From the NCBI RefSeq assembly GCF_030028105.1, contig NC_092382.1:68620125-68684124 (forward strand): a stretch of DNA of 64,000 nucleotides, read 5' to 3'. Each line of letters opens with the position of its first letter. Position 1 is the first letter of the stretch. The notes under the pieces are model-generated. The model was not told the DNA's origin, did not search any database, and saw only the letters and a list, made by a program, of their open reading frames with translations. Of this stretch, positions 38,452-50,325 are shown piece by piece. Source of the DNA: Mobula birostris. Taxonomy: Eukaryota. A program made the translations under genes and the position numbers.

Positions 38452-39500
38452 CAGAGGTGTACAGGATAACAAGAGGAATAGATAGAGTGGATAGCCAGCG
38501 CCTCTTCCCCAGGGCACCACTGCTCAATACAAAAGGACATGGCTTTAAGGTAAGGGATGGGAAGTTCAAGGGGGATATTAGAAGAAGGATTTTTACTCAG
38601 AGAGTGGTTGGTGCGTGGAATGCACTGCCTGAGTCAGTGGTGGAGGCAGATACACTAGTGAAGTTTAAGAGACTACTAGACAGGTATATGGAGGAATTTA
38701 AGGTGGGAGTTTATATGGGAGGCAGGGTTTGTGGGTCGGCACAACATTGTGGGCCGAAGGGTCTGTACTGTGCTGTACTATTCTATGTTCTATGTACTCT
38801 TAGCAATGTGGAGGTTCAGAGGGATCTTGGGGTCTGAGTTCATAGGACAGTCAAAGCTGCTACGCAGCCTGACTCTGTAGTTAAGAAGGCATACGGTGCA
38901 TAGGCCTTCAGCAACCGTGTATTTGAGTTGAAGAGCCGAAAGTTAATGTTGCAGCTATTTAAGACGCGGGTCAGATCCCACGTGGAGTACTGTGTTATAT
39001 TTATCGTCGCCTTACTGCAGGAAGGATGTCGAAAACATAGAAAGGGAGCGGAGCAGATTTACAAGGATGTTGCCAGGATGGAGGAGCATGCCTAAAGAGA
39101 ATAGGTTGAGTGAACTCGGCCTTTTCTCCTTAGATCGACGAAGGATGGGAGGTAACCTGGTAGAGGATAATGAGAGGCATTGATCATGTGGATACACAGA
39201 GGCTTTTTCTCAGGGCTGAAATGGGTAGCACGAGAGGGCCTATTGTTAAGGTGTTGGAAGAAGGTATAGCGAAGATGCCAGGGTTATGTATTTTACGCAG
39301 ACAGTGGTGAGTGTGCGGATTGAGCTTTCAGCGACGGTGGTGTAGACGGATACGACTGGATCATTTAATAGATTTCTGGATAGTTACAAGGAATTTAGGA
39401 CAATCGATGACGCTGGTAATTTCTAAGGTAAGGACACGTTCGACACAGCTTTGTTTGCCGAAGGGCCTGCATTCTGCTGTAGCGTTTCTATGTTTCTAAT
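38452..39500 (+). mobile_element. Two adjacent CR1 3' fragments (young 38452-38795; older 38796-39500)
   Basis: EVYRITRGIDRVDSQRLFP; RKDVENIER..RFTRMLPG; each has its own tail. Confidence 0.9.
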
Positions 39501-40044
39501 GTCTGCTTCGCGTCTGCAATCACATAACCAGTGTTTGTGATATGCACCCTCTGTTCATACAGCCGTCCTACACCAGCTGCAGTGGCTTCACGTAACATGG
39601 ATAAGGGTGCGAAGCAGGTACTACACGTTTCCCAGGACTGGCCAGCAGGTAAGTGCTGGGAAGGGACGCCTTACACCTTACTTTCTGGAGAGGATCTCCC
39701 ACCTACTCACTAATTACATTTTCCCAATATGGGCATTTTTAACCGTCTGCATCTCAATATGTGTCCATTCTTTAACTTAAACCTGGAATGTAATTGAGTA
39801 CCGGCACTGGCAGCTCCTTTCAGCTGACACCAACCTTCGCCTTGTATTAGTGAATGTTGTCGCGTTTACAGCAGCATATTCAAATGAGCCATATTTATTT
39901 TTAATATCGAAAGCAGGATTCAGTAATTCAATATATTTCTCCATGGAGCAATTTTATCAAGCTATGCCCACTCGCTGTGGATTTCCTAAATTCCCAGCGG
40001 ACTAATCCACCTCTCAATTGTTATATACTTGAAAACTTCTGAAA

Positions 40045-40545
40045 TGCCTGCTTCGCTGCCGCTGCTACTGTGTGGTAACCGGAAACTCCGGAGCTGAAGG
40101 CCCCGAAATCCTCAGCTTTGCGTGTTTCAGCGGCCGGGGAGAGGTCAAAGGCGCTCGGCAGAGGATGGCGCTCGGGAGGTTGTATCAGAGAGGCTGGTCG
40201 GAAGCTCGGAGTTTTCGGAGGATGGGCTCAGTGTCGGCTGGGGTCGGCTGCTTCCAAGGTATCGGCAAGTTGACGGTGCCTGGAGGTTTATGGCAGGGAG
40301 TTTCTCCCTTTTGCCGCCGCTATTGAGACTTTTTTTTTTACTGTGCCGATGGTCTGTTCTTTATCAAATTATGGTATTGCTTTGCAGTGCTGTAACTATA
40401 TGTTATAATTATGTGTTTCTGTCAGTGTCAGTCTTTGGTCTGTCTTGTTTTCTGTGATATCACTCCGGAGAAACATTGTATCATTTCTTAATGCATGTAT
40501 GCATTTTAAATGACAATAAAAGAGGACTGTGTGTTCTTATAATGT
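40045..40545 (+). repeat. Interspersed repeat of uncertain class (GC-rich head, LINE-like tail)
   Basis: Abrupt CpG-rich head, then cattgtatcatttc..tgacaataaa tail resembling 35990-36060. Confidence 0.4.
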
Positions 40546-41971
40546 AAAACCTGTTCTATCGATGACCCCTAAAATGATGTTCTGTAGACAATAACGAGAT
40601 TCCCGGATGTTATGTTAAAATTAAGCTGTCAGATTGCGGGGCATCGCGGTTCGAGTCGTCAGCATTCTTAAAATGAAGTGCAAACGTTCACAGGTTATAC
40701 TAACTTTGGGTAACAAAACTGGTTCAGAGGGTTAGGTGCTATGTTTATGAGCAAGTCTTCTAGGGTTGTCATCTTCAGGTTGCTGCCATGTGCTGGTCGA
40801 GCCTGAAATAGGAAGAATATACGGCTTTACACGGGATTAAGAAAATTGTGAAGGAGGGAGGGCGACACATTTTTGGATCATTCGGCTATCTTCCGAGGAA
40901 GCCGGGACATGTGCAGAGGAGAAGGTTTGCCCTTGAACTTCAGGGGTACGAATATCCGACTGGAAAGGATTTCGAGTGATGCACGGGGCGGGGTGTGAGG
41001 GTTGAAAAGAGTTGCATGGGATGGCAAACCGATACGAGAACAAATTTTGCAGAGGTGGTGAAGACAGAAAATGTTTAGACCTTAAAAAGAATTCAAATGT
41101 TTGACCATGGTGCGACTAATGTCCTTATTCCCTTACATGGGCTCCAGGATATTAAACTGAAGATTAAACCATCGATTATCTCCTGTCTCCATAGTCTTCT
41201 TGATGGTATAGTTGGAGTTCATCAATGCTGTACCACCCACTATACAGGGAATTGGCCTATACAGCTTCACCACAGTCCTTTTTGCCCGCGTTAACCGTTC
41301 TCAACTCTCACTGCAGGGACATAGAGTTGGTCCTTGACAGGCAAATGTGCATAGCAGTGTACATTCCAATGCAAGAAGTATCGTAGGAAAGACAGAAGAG
41401 ATCAGGTCATAAACCAAGCTATGATTTTATAGTATTCTGCAGATGAGTGAGACTTGGTTGCAAGAGATGTAGTAACTTTACGGAGCTCCATTACTTTAAA
41501 CGCCATAGTGCGGGAGGGATAAAAGGGGGAGGTGTGGCGTTGCTAGTCACGAAAAATGCCATCGCCCTACTCAGTCAGGACAGTCTGGATAACTCGTCTA
41601 GCGAGGAGCTAACGATGGAACTGTGGATTGAGTTAGACATGATCACTTTAATGGGGCTGTATTACAGAGCGTGTAACAGTCCGCGCTGTTTAGAGGAACA
41701 CATTCGCAGAAAGACTGTTGCAAGTAACATGAGATTGTCATAGTAGGCAAATTTGACTTTCCACATTTTGTATGGGACTATCATATGCTGATATCTATTT
41801 ATATTTGTACTCGTACAGTTTGTGTTCACTTATACTGTTTAGAGTTAATTTTCTATAGATTTTGCTCAGTATGTCCACAGGAAAAAGACTCTCACAGTTG
41901 TACAAGGTGACATGTATGTACTCTGAAATGTATATTTTACATTGAACTCTGACATTTATTAAAATGACTTG

Positions 41972-44900
41972 CAACACGCATCAAACTTGCTGGTGAACGG
42001 AGCAGGCTAGGCAGCATCTCTAGGAAGAGGTACAGTCGACGTTTCAGGCCGAGACCCTTCGTCAGGACTAACAGAAGGAAGAGCTAGTAAGAGATTTGGA
42101 AGTGGGAGGGGGAAGGGGTAACCAAAATGATAGGAGAAAACAGGAGGGAGAGGGATGGAGTCAAGAGCTGGACAGGAGATTGGCAACGGAGATATGAGAG
42201 GTTCTTGGGACAGGAGCACAAGGGAGAAAGAAATGTGGGGGGCGGGCAGGGGGAACCCAGAGGCTGGGCAAGGGGTATAGTGAGAGGGAGAGAGGGAGAA
42301 AAAGGGAAGTGAGAGAAAGAATGTGTGTATAAAAATAAATAACGGGTGGGGTACGAGGGTAGGTAGGGCATGAGCGGAAGTTAGAGAAGTCAATGTTCAT
42401 GCCATCAGGTTGGAGGCTACCCAGACAGAATATAAGGTGTTTTTCCTCCAACCTGAGTGTGGCTTCACCTTTACAGTAGAGGGGGCCGTAGATAGACATG
42501 TCAGAATGGGAATGGGATGTGGAATTAAAATGTGTGGCCACTGGGAGATCCTGCTTTCTCTGGCGAACAGAGCGTAGGTGTTCAGCAAAGCGGTCTCCCA
42601 GTCTGCGTCGGGTCTCGCCAATATATAGAAGGCCACATCGGGAGCACCGGACACAGTATATCACCCCAGCCGACTCACAGGTGAAGTGTCGCCTCACCTG
42701 GAAGGACTGTCTGGGGCCCTGAATGGTGGTGAGGGAGGAAGTGTAAGGGCATGTGTAGCACTTGTTCCGCTTACAAGGATAAGTGCCAGGAGGGAGATCA
42801 GTGGGGAGGGATGGGGGGGGGGGGGACGAATGGACAAGGGAGTCGCATAGGGAGTGATCCCTGTGGAAAGCAGAGAGAGGACGGGAGGGAAAGATGTGCT
42901 TAGTGGTGGGATCCAGTTGGAGGTAGCGGAAGTTACGGAGAATAATATGTTGGACGCGGAGGCTGGTGGGGTGGTAGGTGAGGACCAGGGGAACCCTATT
43001 CCTACTGGGGTGGCGGGAGGATGGAGCGAGAACAGATGTGCGTGAAATGGGGGAGATGCGTTTGAGAGCAGAGTTGATGGTGGAGGAAGGGAAGCCTCTT
43101 TCTTTAAAAAAAGGAGGACATCTCCCTCGTCCTGGATTTAAAAGCCTCATCCTGAGAGCAGATGCGGAGGAGACGGAGGAATTACCAGAAGGGGATGGCA
43201 TTTTTGCAAGAGACAGGGTGAGAAGAGGAATAGTCCAGATAGCTGTGAGAGTCCCTAGGCTTATAGCAGACATCAGTGGATAAGCTGTCTCCAGAGATAG
43301 AGACAGAAAGATCTAGAAAGGGGAGGAAGGTGTCGGAAATGGGCCAGGTAAACTTGAGGGCAGGGTGAAAGTTGGAGGCAAAGTTAATAAAGTCAACCAG
43401 CTCAGCATGCGTTCAGGAAGCAGCGCCAATGGAGTCGTCGATGTAGCGAAGGAAAAGTGGGGGACAGATACCAGAATAGGTTCGGAACATAGATTGTTCC
43501 ACAAAGCCAACAAAAAGGCAGGCATAGCTAGGACCCATACGGGTGCCCATAGCTACACATTTAGTCTGGAGGAAGTGGGAGGAGAAATTATTAAGAGTAA
43601 GGACTAATTCCGCTAGACGGAGCAGAGTGGTGGTAGAGGGGAACTGATTAGGTCTGGAATCCAAAAAGAAGCGTAGAGCTTTGAGACCTTCCTGATGGGG
43701 GATGGAAGTATATAGGGACTGGACATCCATGGTGAAAATAAAGCGGTGGGGGCCAGGGAACTTAAAATCATCGAAAGGTTTAAGAGCGTGAGAAGTGTTA
43801 CGAACATCGGTCGGAAGGGATTGAACAAGGGGGGATAAAACCGTGTCGAGGTATGCAGAAACATGTTTGGTGGGGCAGGAGCAAGCTGAGACAATAGGGC
43901 GGCCAGGATAGGCAGGTCTGTGGATCTTGGGTAGGAGGTAGAAACGAGAAGTGCGAGGTGAGGGAACTATAAGGTTGGTAGCAGTGGATGGGAGATCCCC
44001 TGAGTGGACAAAGTCAGTGATGGTGTGGGAGACAATGGCCTGGTGCTCCTTAGTTGGGTCACGATCGAGGGGTAAATAAGAGGAGGTATCCGCGAGTTGT
44101 CGCTGTGCCTCGGCAAGGTAGAGGTCAGTACGCCAGACTACAACAGCACCCCACTTATCGGCGGGTTTAATAGTAAGGTTAGGATTAGTGCAGAGAGAGT
44201 GGAGAGCAGAGCGTTCGGAAAGAGTGAGGTTGGAATAGGAACAAGGTGCGGTGAAGTCGAGACGGTTGATGTTCCGTCGGCAGTTAGCAATAAAGAAATC
44301 CAGAGCAGGCAGAAGACCAGAGTGGGGTGTCCATGAAGAAGAGGAGGCTTGAAGTCGGGAGAAGGGGTCATCGGTGGGGGTGGATGTAGGCTCGGAGACG
44401 GAGACGGCGGGAGAAAAGTTCCGCATCATGGCGAGCACGGAACTCGCTGAGGTGTGGGCGAAGGGGGACAAAGGTGAGGCCCTTACTGAGAACAGAACGT
44501 TCTGCCTCCGACAGTTGAAGGTCGGAGGGGATGGTAAAGACCCGGCACGGATGAGAGCTGGGATCAGAGGGGGAGGGGGAAGGCTGGGGATGTCAGTGGA
44601 CAGGGGAGGATTGGGGTGAGAGGAAGATGGAGCCTCTGAGTACTCAGGAGCTGACGATGGGATCTGAGGGAAACGAGATTGCAGAGTGGTGGTGGGGGAA
44701 GGGGAGACGGGAGTCACAATAGCGGCAGGTAAAGACCCGGCCTGGAGTTCAAGACTGACGTCGCAGTTGGTGGTTGCGCAATCGCTGTGAAGGTGTCCAT
44801 GGTCGTTGCTGGAGTCCGGGTTTTGAATATGCCCTGAGGTGTTGGAGCAGGCGAGATCAATGGCAGAGACAATTTGAAGTTCATGCCTGCTAGCTTCAGG

Positions 44901-45173
44901 GCCAGCAGGCTCTGTGGTCCGCAGATGTAGGATCTTGCGATCTTTGCCTAACATGACAAAGTCAAAAAAACGGCGATTGCAGGCATTGATCCGACTGACG
45001 ATGAAATAACGGGTAGGACCAATACAGACGGCGAAGATAGTGTCCCGAAAGAGTGGAAGGGTCTGGAATAGGGACACGAAATACCTCCTCATGGCGGAGA
45101 GTACCTGGGATCCTCAGAAATTCCAAAATGAGAGACTCGGAAGTACCTGGGATCCTCAGAAGGTCCAAATGAC
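41972..45173 (-). mobile_element. Penelope-like retroelement (Neptune-type RT + Cys linker + GIY-YIG), 5'-truncated, frameshifted
   Basis: RT motifs IKPADKWG, LPKIHR..PGRPIVS, TMDVQSLYTSIP, AMGTRMGPSYA, LRYIDD; CKRNKCYTC linker; VIYC..YIGETRR GIY-YIG; 15-bp TSD tattaaaatgacttg at 41957-41971 and 45174-45188. Confidence 0.96.
42033..42070 (-). ncRNA. Minimal type I hammerhead ribozyme in the PLE 3' terminal region
   Basis: UAGUC CUGACGA AGG-GUCUCGG-CCU GAAAC GUC GACUG: stem I UAGUC/GACUG, core CUGANGA, stem II AGG/CCU, GAAA, palindromic ACGU stem III, GUC cleavage triplet. Confidence 0.85.
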
Positions 45174-46507
45174 TATTAAAATGACTTGATCGGATACAGA
45201 CTGTCAATTATGTTCAGGAAAGTTCATTTCATTAATACGCAGAAGTTACAATAATAGAGAACGATACTTGACCTGCAAGTATAGAATGAGACCGGGCAGG
45301 TGACAGAAATTCCTGGAGGGGAACATATTGTATCAATTGATCAAAGTATTATTTGCATCAAATTAAATACAAGAGAACGATATTTCTGGTATGGGGGTTG
45401 AGATTCTAACTTGAAGAAAGTCGAATTTGGCCGGTATGAGAAAAGATCTGGAAAATGTAGATTAGGGCAGGGTGTTTTCTCGTTCACTTGGTAAGTGGGA
45501 GGATTTCAGAAGTAACACTTTGAGAGTAGAAAGCGTCTATGTGCCTGTCGGCATGAGATGTGATGATAACCGGTTTAGAAAATCAAGGGATTTTGACGAG
45601 CAGATTGAGAAGAAAATGTTGTATATAGCAGTTATAGGCAGGTAGGAACATATGCGGTGCTTATGAGTATAAGAAGTGCAGGGGAACACCAGGGTAAAAA
45701 AAAATCAAGAGGGAAAATGCATGAGGTTGCTCTAGCAGACAAGGTGAAGGAGAATACAAAAGGATTGTACAGATATTTTAGGAAGGAGACGATTGCAGTA
45801 CAGAACAGGTCCTCTGGAAGATGAGATCCACAATCCGTGCGTGGAAACAAAAGAGATAGGTTGATCGATAATAGACTTCTTGCGTCTGTATCAGCCTGAA
45901 GTATCAGACGACGAAATAGCAAATATTATTGCTAACTAAATAAAATAATCCAGCACCCCGAAATATATACAGGTTCCGGAGCCAATATAGTAAAACAACA
46001 AACTGGTTCACATCTTCGTGATTAATTAATAAATAGGGGATATTATTTGTAAGGAAATGTCAGCTAAACTATTTGGCGTAAAAGTCGGAAATTATTTAGG
46101 AATAAATGCGGCTGCGCCATACAGAATGAAGTCTGGAATACCAGATTCCCTATCATTTTTATTTGAAAATTAATTATTTAAATAGCACAATTTGATGACG
46201 ACAGACAATGCATCGTAGAGTAGTACAATTTGCATTGCGAGCGTTAATTTTGCCAGCAGGGATGTCTTGCTTATTCATAACCCATTCCCAGTGAGTAATG
46301 TTGGTTACTGCCAAAGTTATCAATGCGATCATTGACTAGCTAGTGCAATGAACCTATATATTCCATTTGCCCAGAGTGTTTCGTCTTCAAAAAAGAAACG
46401 AATTCTCTTTATCTACATTCCGAGATTTACCGAATGCTGACAAAAACAATAAAGCTTTCGAATATTTATTTGCAATTTCAAACAAGTTCTAGCGGATGGT
46501 ATTTCTG

Positions 46508-48084
46508 TTATTTACACCGCAACGCATTTATTGTCAAAACAAATCTCATCCCATTTTTTAGCACCTTTCTGAACTTCTTCTGCGTCAGGCCATAGATGCA
46601 CGTGTTGGTGCAGGTACTGATAGAGACGTTAGCATAGTACCACACTATTGAAAGATGTACATCGGTGTATTCAAGTATTTGTCTGTGAAAGAATAGTTCT
46701 CTGCTTGCCAGTTTATAGAGTGTATTATATAGGGCATCCATAGTAAAATGAAATTGCCTGAGAAAGCGAACAATAAAATAATAGACTTCCTCCGGTTCTC
46801 TACTTCAGGGTCTTTTTGATATTCACTGTTACTCCGGAGTCCCTTGCGGGCTCTATCTGCCGCTATAATGTGTTTCGCTGTTAAACCGTTACACAGAAGG
46901 ATTGGTAATAACGGAGATTTGATGCTGTCAAATAACTCGTAGGCCTTCCACACTGATGAAGTGAAGTATTCAGGTATTAGTACACAACGCCAAGGAACAT
47001 TGTTAATTGTTACATAAGGCTCCACAACAAAGTAGAACGGAATACACCTGACAAAGCTCAGAGTCCCCACTATTACTATGACTGCGGTCGCCACTCTCTC
47101 CGTGCAGTACCGTTTCCGAAGATTCTGACAGCAAATCGCAACGTAGCGATCGATTGTGAAAGTAACTGTTAGCCAAACGGAACAGTCAAAACTTGCAATT
47201 TTAAGCAGGAGGGTCAGAGCCCAAATCGGAGTAATGTGCTAGAATCTGGCGTACAAATACAGATTATTAATATCCTCAACAATAATAGCAATGACAACGG
47301 CAATGAGATCTGCCGCAACCATTCCCACCAGGTAGCGAGTGATATAGTTGGAGAGTCCACATTTTCCACGGGACAGAATCGCCATCGTCGTTACATTGAC
47401 TGCAATGTAAAAAGAAAACATGAAGTTCAATTCACAGAATTTTAAACGAATCGATTTCCCCCATGATTTGCAAATCGGTAAGATGCTGAGCACACTGAAC
47501 ACATGCAAAAATCTGCAATTGTCGCTTGTATTTCTAGCGTAGTTGCCCTTACGATGTCAGGGTGCAAATATCTGACGTGACTAATGCTGCCTAGTGTGGA
47601 GATGATTTATTCCAGAAGCCTGGTAATAAATAATTTATGATATCTGTGGAAGCAAATGGTTAATGATACAGGTAGATAATCCTTCAGGAAAATTAGAAAT
47701 GAAAGGAAATCAGCTGTTTTTGTGTGACAGTTGGACAGATAGAGCAAACGGACCGTGGCTGATAATGTAAAACCAGCGTTGCAGTCGGAATAAATAGTTT
47801 CATCTGGCGGATTCAGTAGAACTGTCAATATGATCCTCTGAATGAACTGCTTTCTTCCCAAATTCGTTAAAATGCTAGGAAAATAGAGATAGTGAGAGGA
47901 GTCGGGAAAAGGTCAACATTACTACGAAGTAAAATGGTTAAATTGACGATTTTACGAGTCATGAGCAATAGGAAGACGAATCAATTCATATAGCAATCAG
48001 ATGTAGTGTCCAACCTGGAATGCTGACCGCGGCAAGGATGGGATAATAGATGCGTGCTACGTGGTAAATAGTTACATACGACAT
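46508..48084 (-). pseudogene. GPR139/GPR142-like GPCR pseudogene; exon 1 48084-48015, exon 2 47399-46508
   Basis: Close paralog of 57952-60148; TAG at 47241-47239, TAG at 46647-46645, frameshift near 46620, 9-nt in-frame deletion in TM5, weak donor gttgga. Confidence 0.93.
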
Positions 48085-48149
48085 TATCTCAGAGCTGTCG
48101 TTCAATGTTTCTCCAGATACTCCATGTACTGGCAAAGTGCTTATACAGT

Positions 48150-48156
48150 TTTTATA
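48150..48156 (-). promoter_or_regulatory. Putative TATA box
   Basis: TATAAAA 65 nt upstream of the ATG, conserved with 57883-57889. Confidence 0.55.
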
Positions 48157-48964
48157 TTGTAGAAGGGAGGTCCACTGGGACAATCCGCGAACGACTCATC
48201 ACTCCAGTCAGCCACAACCCGCTGAGCAAACACAATTGACTTTGTTTTTGCCAGTTGTACCATTGTGATTTACATTTCATTCCTCGATGAGTATGGAGAC
48301 TTTTTTGTGCAACTTATTCTTATATGTTGCAAGGTTTATCCTCGACATGAGGTTTCTGCTGTTTGAATACAATTTATTCTCTTTTTCAATGTTACTTATA
48401 AATCGCCCCATGTGACGATTATCATTATGGTGGGCGCTGAATGTGGTCTTATAAAAAATGAGGGAACGGCTTTAATTTAGAACCTGGCCAGTTCACGTCA
48501 CGGACTCACTTCACAGACAATTTTCGCGGAGAATGTTTCGTAACAAAGCAACTTCCGCCACGAACATACTTACCTTTAATGGCGTAACCTCCCAACCGTT
48601 AATTTGAATGACTTGTAAGTACACGAACAGGCATTCGGCTCTCGGGCAGCCCTGTGGACGTTGTAGTCAAGTGAAATGCATTGTATCCCAGCACACAAAG
48701 AAATTATTCCGTCGGAACGATCGGATATCTGACGCTGAAATGATGACTCATCGAGGCCCTATTGATCTTCTGATACATTCGCTTGTATTTTTAATTTTCA
48801 AAATTTATCTGCATTGCCTTTGCAGCACCTCCACTACTGTTTCCCCTGCAATACCTGAGCGGATCCTTCCTAAAGTAAGATGATCCTATTCCCCTCCATA
48901 GCGAACTGTTCTCCACCGAGTAGAAAACCCATCGTGTCTTGTTTTCATATTTTCAGGACATATT

Positions 48965-50325
48965 CAGAATCAGAATCAGAATCAGGTTTATTATCACCGA
49001 CATGGACGTGAAATTTCGCAACTTAGTAGCAGCAGTTCTATGCAATACATATTATAGANNNNNNNNNNNNNNNNNNNNNNNNNNNNNNNNNNNNNNNNNN
49101 NNNNNNNNNNNNNNNNNNNNNNNNNNNNNNNNNNNNNNNNNNNNNNNNNNNNNNNNNNNNNNNNNNNNNNNNNNNNNNNNNNNNNNNNNNNTGCTACCTA
49201 TATTGAATAGATTAAGATGGTGCAAAAACATCAATGCTGCATGTTAAAATGAAGTAAGCTATTGTTGAAAGGTTCAATGACCGTTTCAGAATCGGATGAC
49301 AGTGGGAAAGAAGCTGTTCCTGAATCACTGTGTGTGTGCCTTCAGGCTTCTGTACCACCTACCTGATGGTAGAAATGACAGAAGGGCATGCCCTGTGTGC
49401 TGGAAGTCCTTAATAAGGTACAATGCCTTCCTGAGGTACCTCTCCTTGAAGATGTCCTGGCTAGTACTCAAAATGGAGCTAACTAAATTATTAAACCTTT
49501 CGACCCTGTGTAGTAGACACCACCACCACCACCATATCAGACAGTGTTGCAGCCTGTCAGAATGCTCTGCACCGTACATCTATAGGTTTTTAAGAGTATT
49601 TGTTGACTTACTAAATCTCCTCAAACTCTTAATAACATATATCCGCTGTCTCATCTTCTTGAAAACAGCATTAATACGTTGAGAAAAGGTTAGATCCTCA
49701 GAGATCATGACACCCAGGAACTTGAGATTGTTCACTTTCACCACGTCGAATCTCTCTTTAAGGATACGTATGTGTTCCTTCGTCTTACCATTCCGGAAGT
49801 CCACAATCATCTCTTTCGTCTTACTGACGTTGACTGCCATGTTGTTGCTGCGATAATACTCCCCTAGTTGACATATCTCACTCTTGTACGCCCTGAGATT
49901 CTACGAACAATGCTTGTATCGTCAGCAAATTTATCGATGGGATTTGAGCTATTACTAGCCACACAGTCATGGGTATACAGAGAGTAGAGCAGTGGGCTAA
50001 GCACACACCCCTGAGGTGCACCAATGCTGATTGTCAGCGAGGAGGATATGTTATTACCAATCGTCACAGATCGTGGTCTTCCGTTTAGAAAGTCGAGGAT
50101 CCAACGGCAGAGGGAGGTACAGAGGACAGAATTCTGCAACTTCTCAATCAGGATTGTGGGAATGATGGTATTAAATGCTGAGCTATGGTCGATCAATCGT
50201 CCGCATCTTCACATAGAGGTTTGTGTTGTCCAGGTGGTCTAAATCCGTGTGAAGAGCCACTAATGTTGCATCTGGCGTTAACCGATTGTAGCGCTAGGCA
50301 AAATGCAACTGGTCAAGGTCCTTGG
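48965..50325 (-). mobile_element. Rex1/Babar-like LINE, 5'-truncated (contains the 49059-49191 gap)
   Basis: [55 protein letters not shown]; (attctg)n tail at about 48965-48985. Confidence 0.9.
49059..49191. other. Assembly gap (133 N)
   Basis: Run of N. Confidence 1.

Larger units (their letters stand above)
41340..45895 (+). mobile_element. Old CR1 APE/linker region (41340-41790 and 45189-45895) hosting a LINE tail and the Penelope insertion
   Basis: SETWL, KGGGVALLV and MGLYYR motifs; sequence continues after the PLE TSD. Confidence 0.7.
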
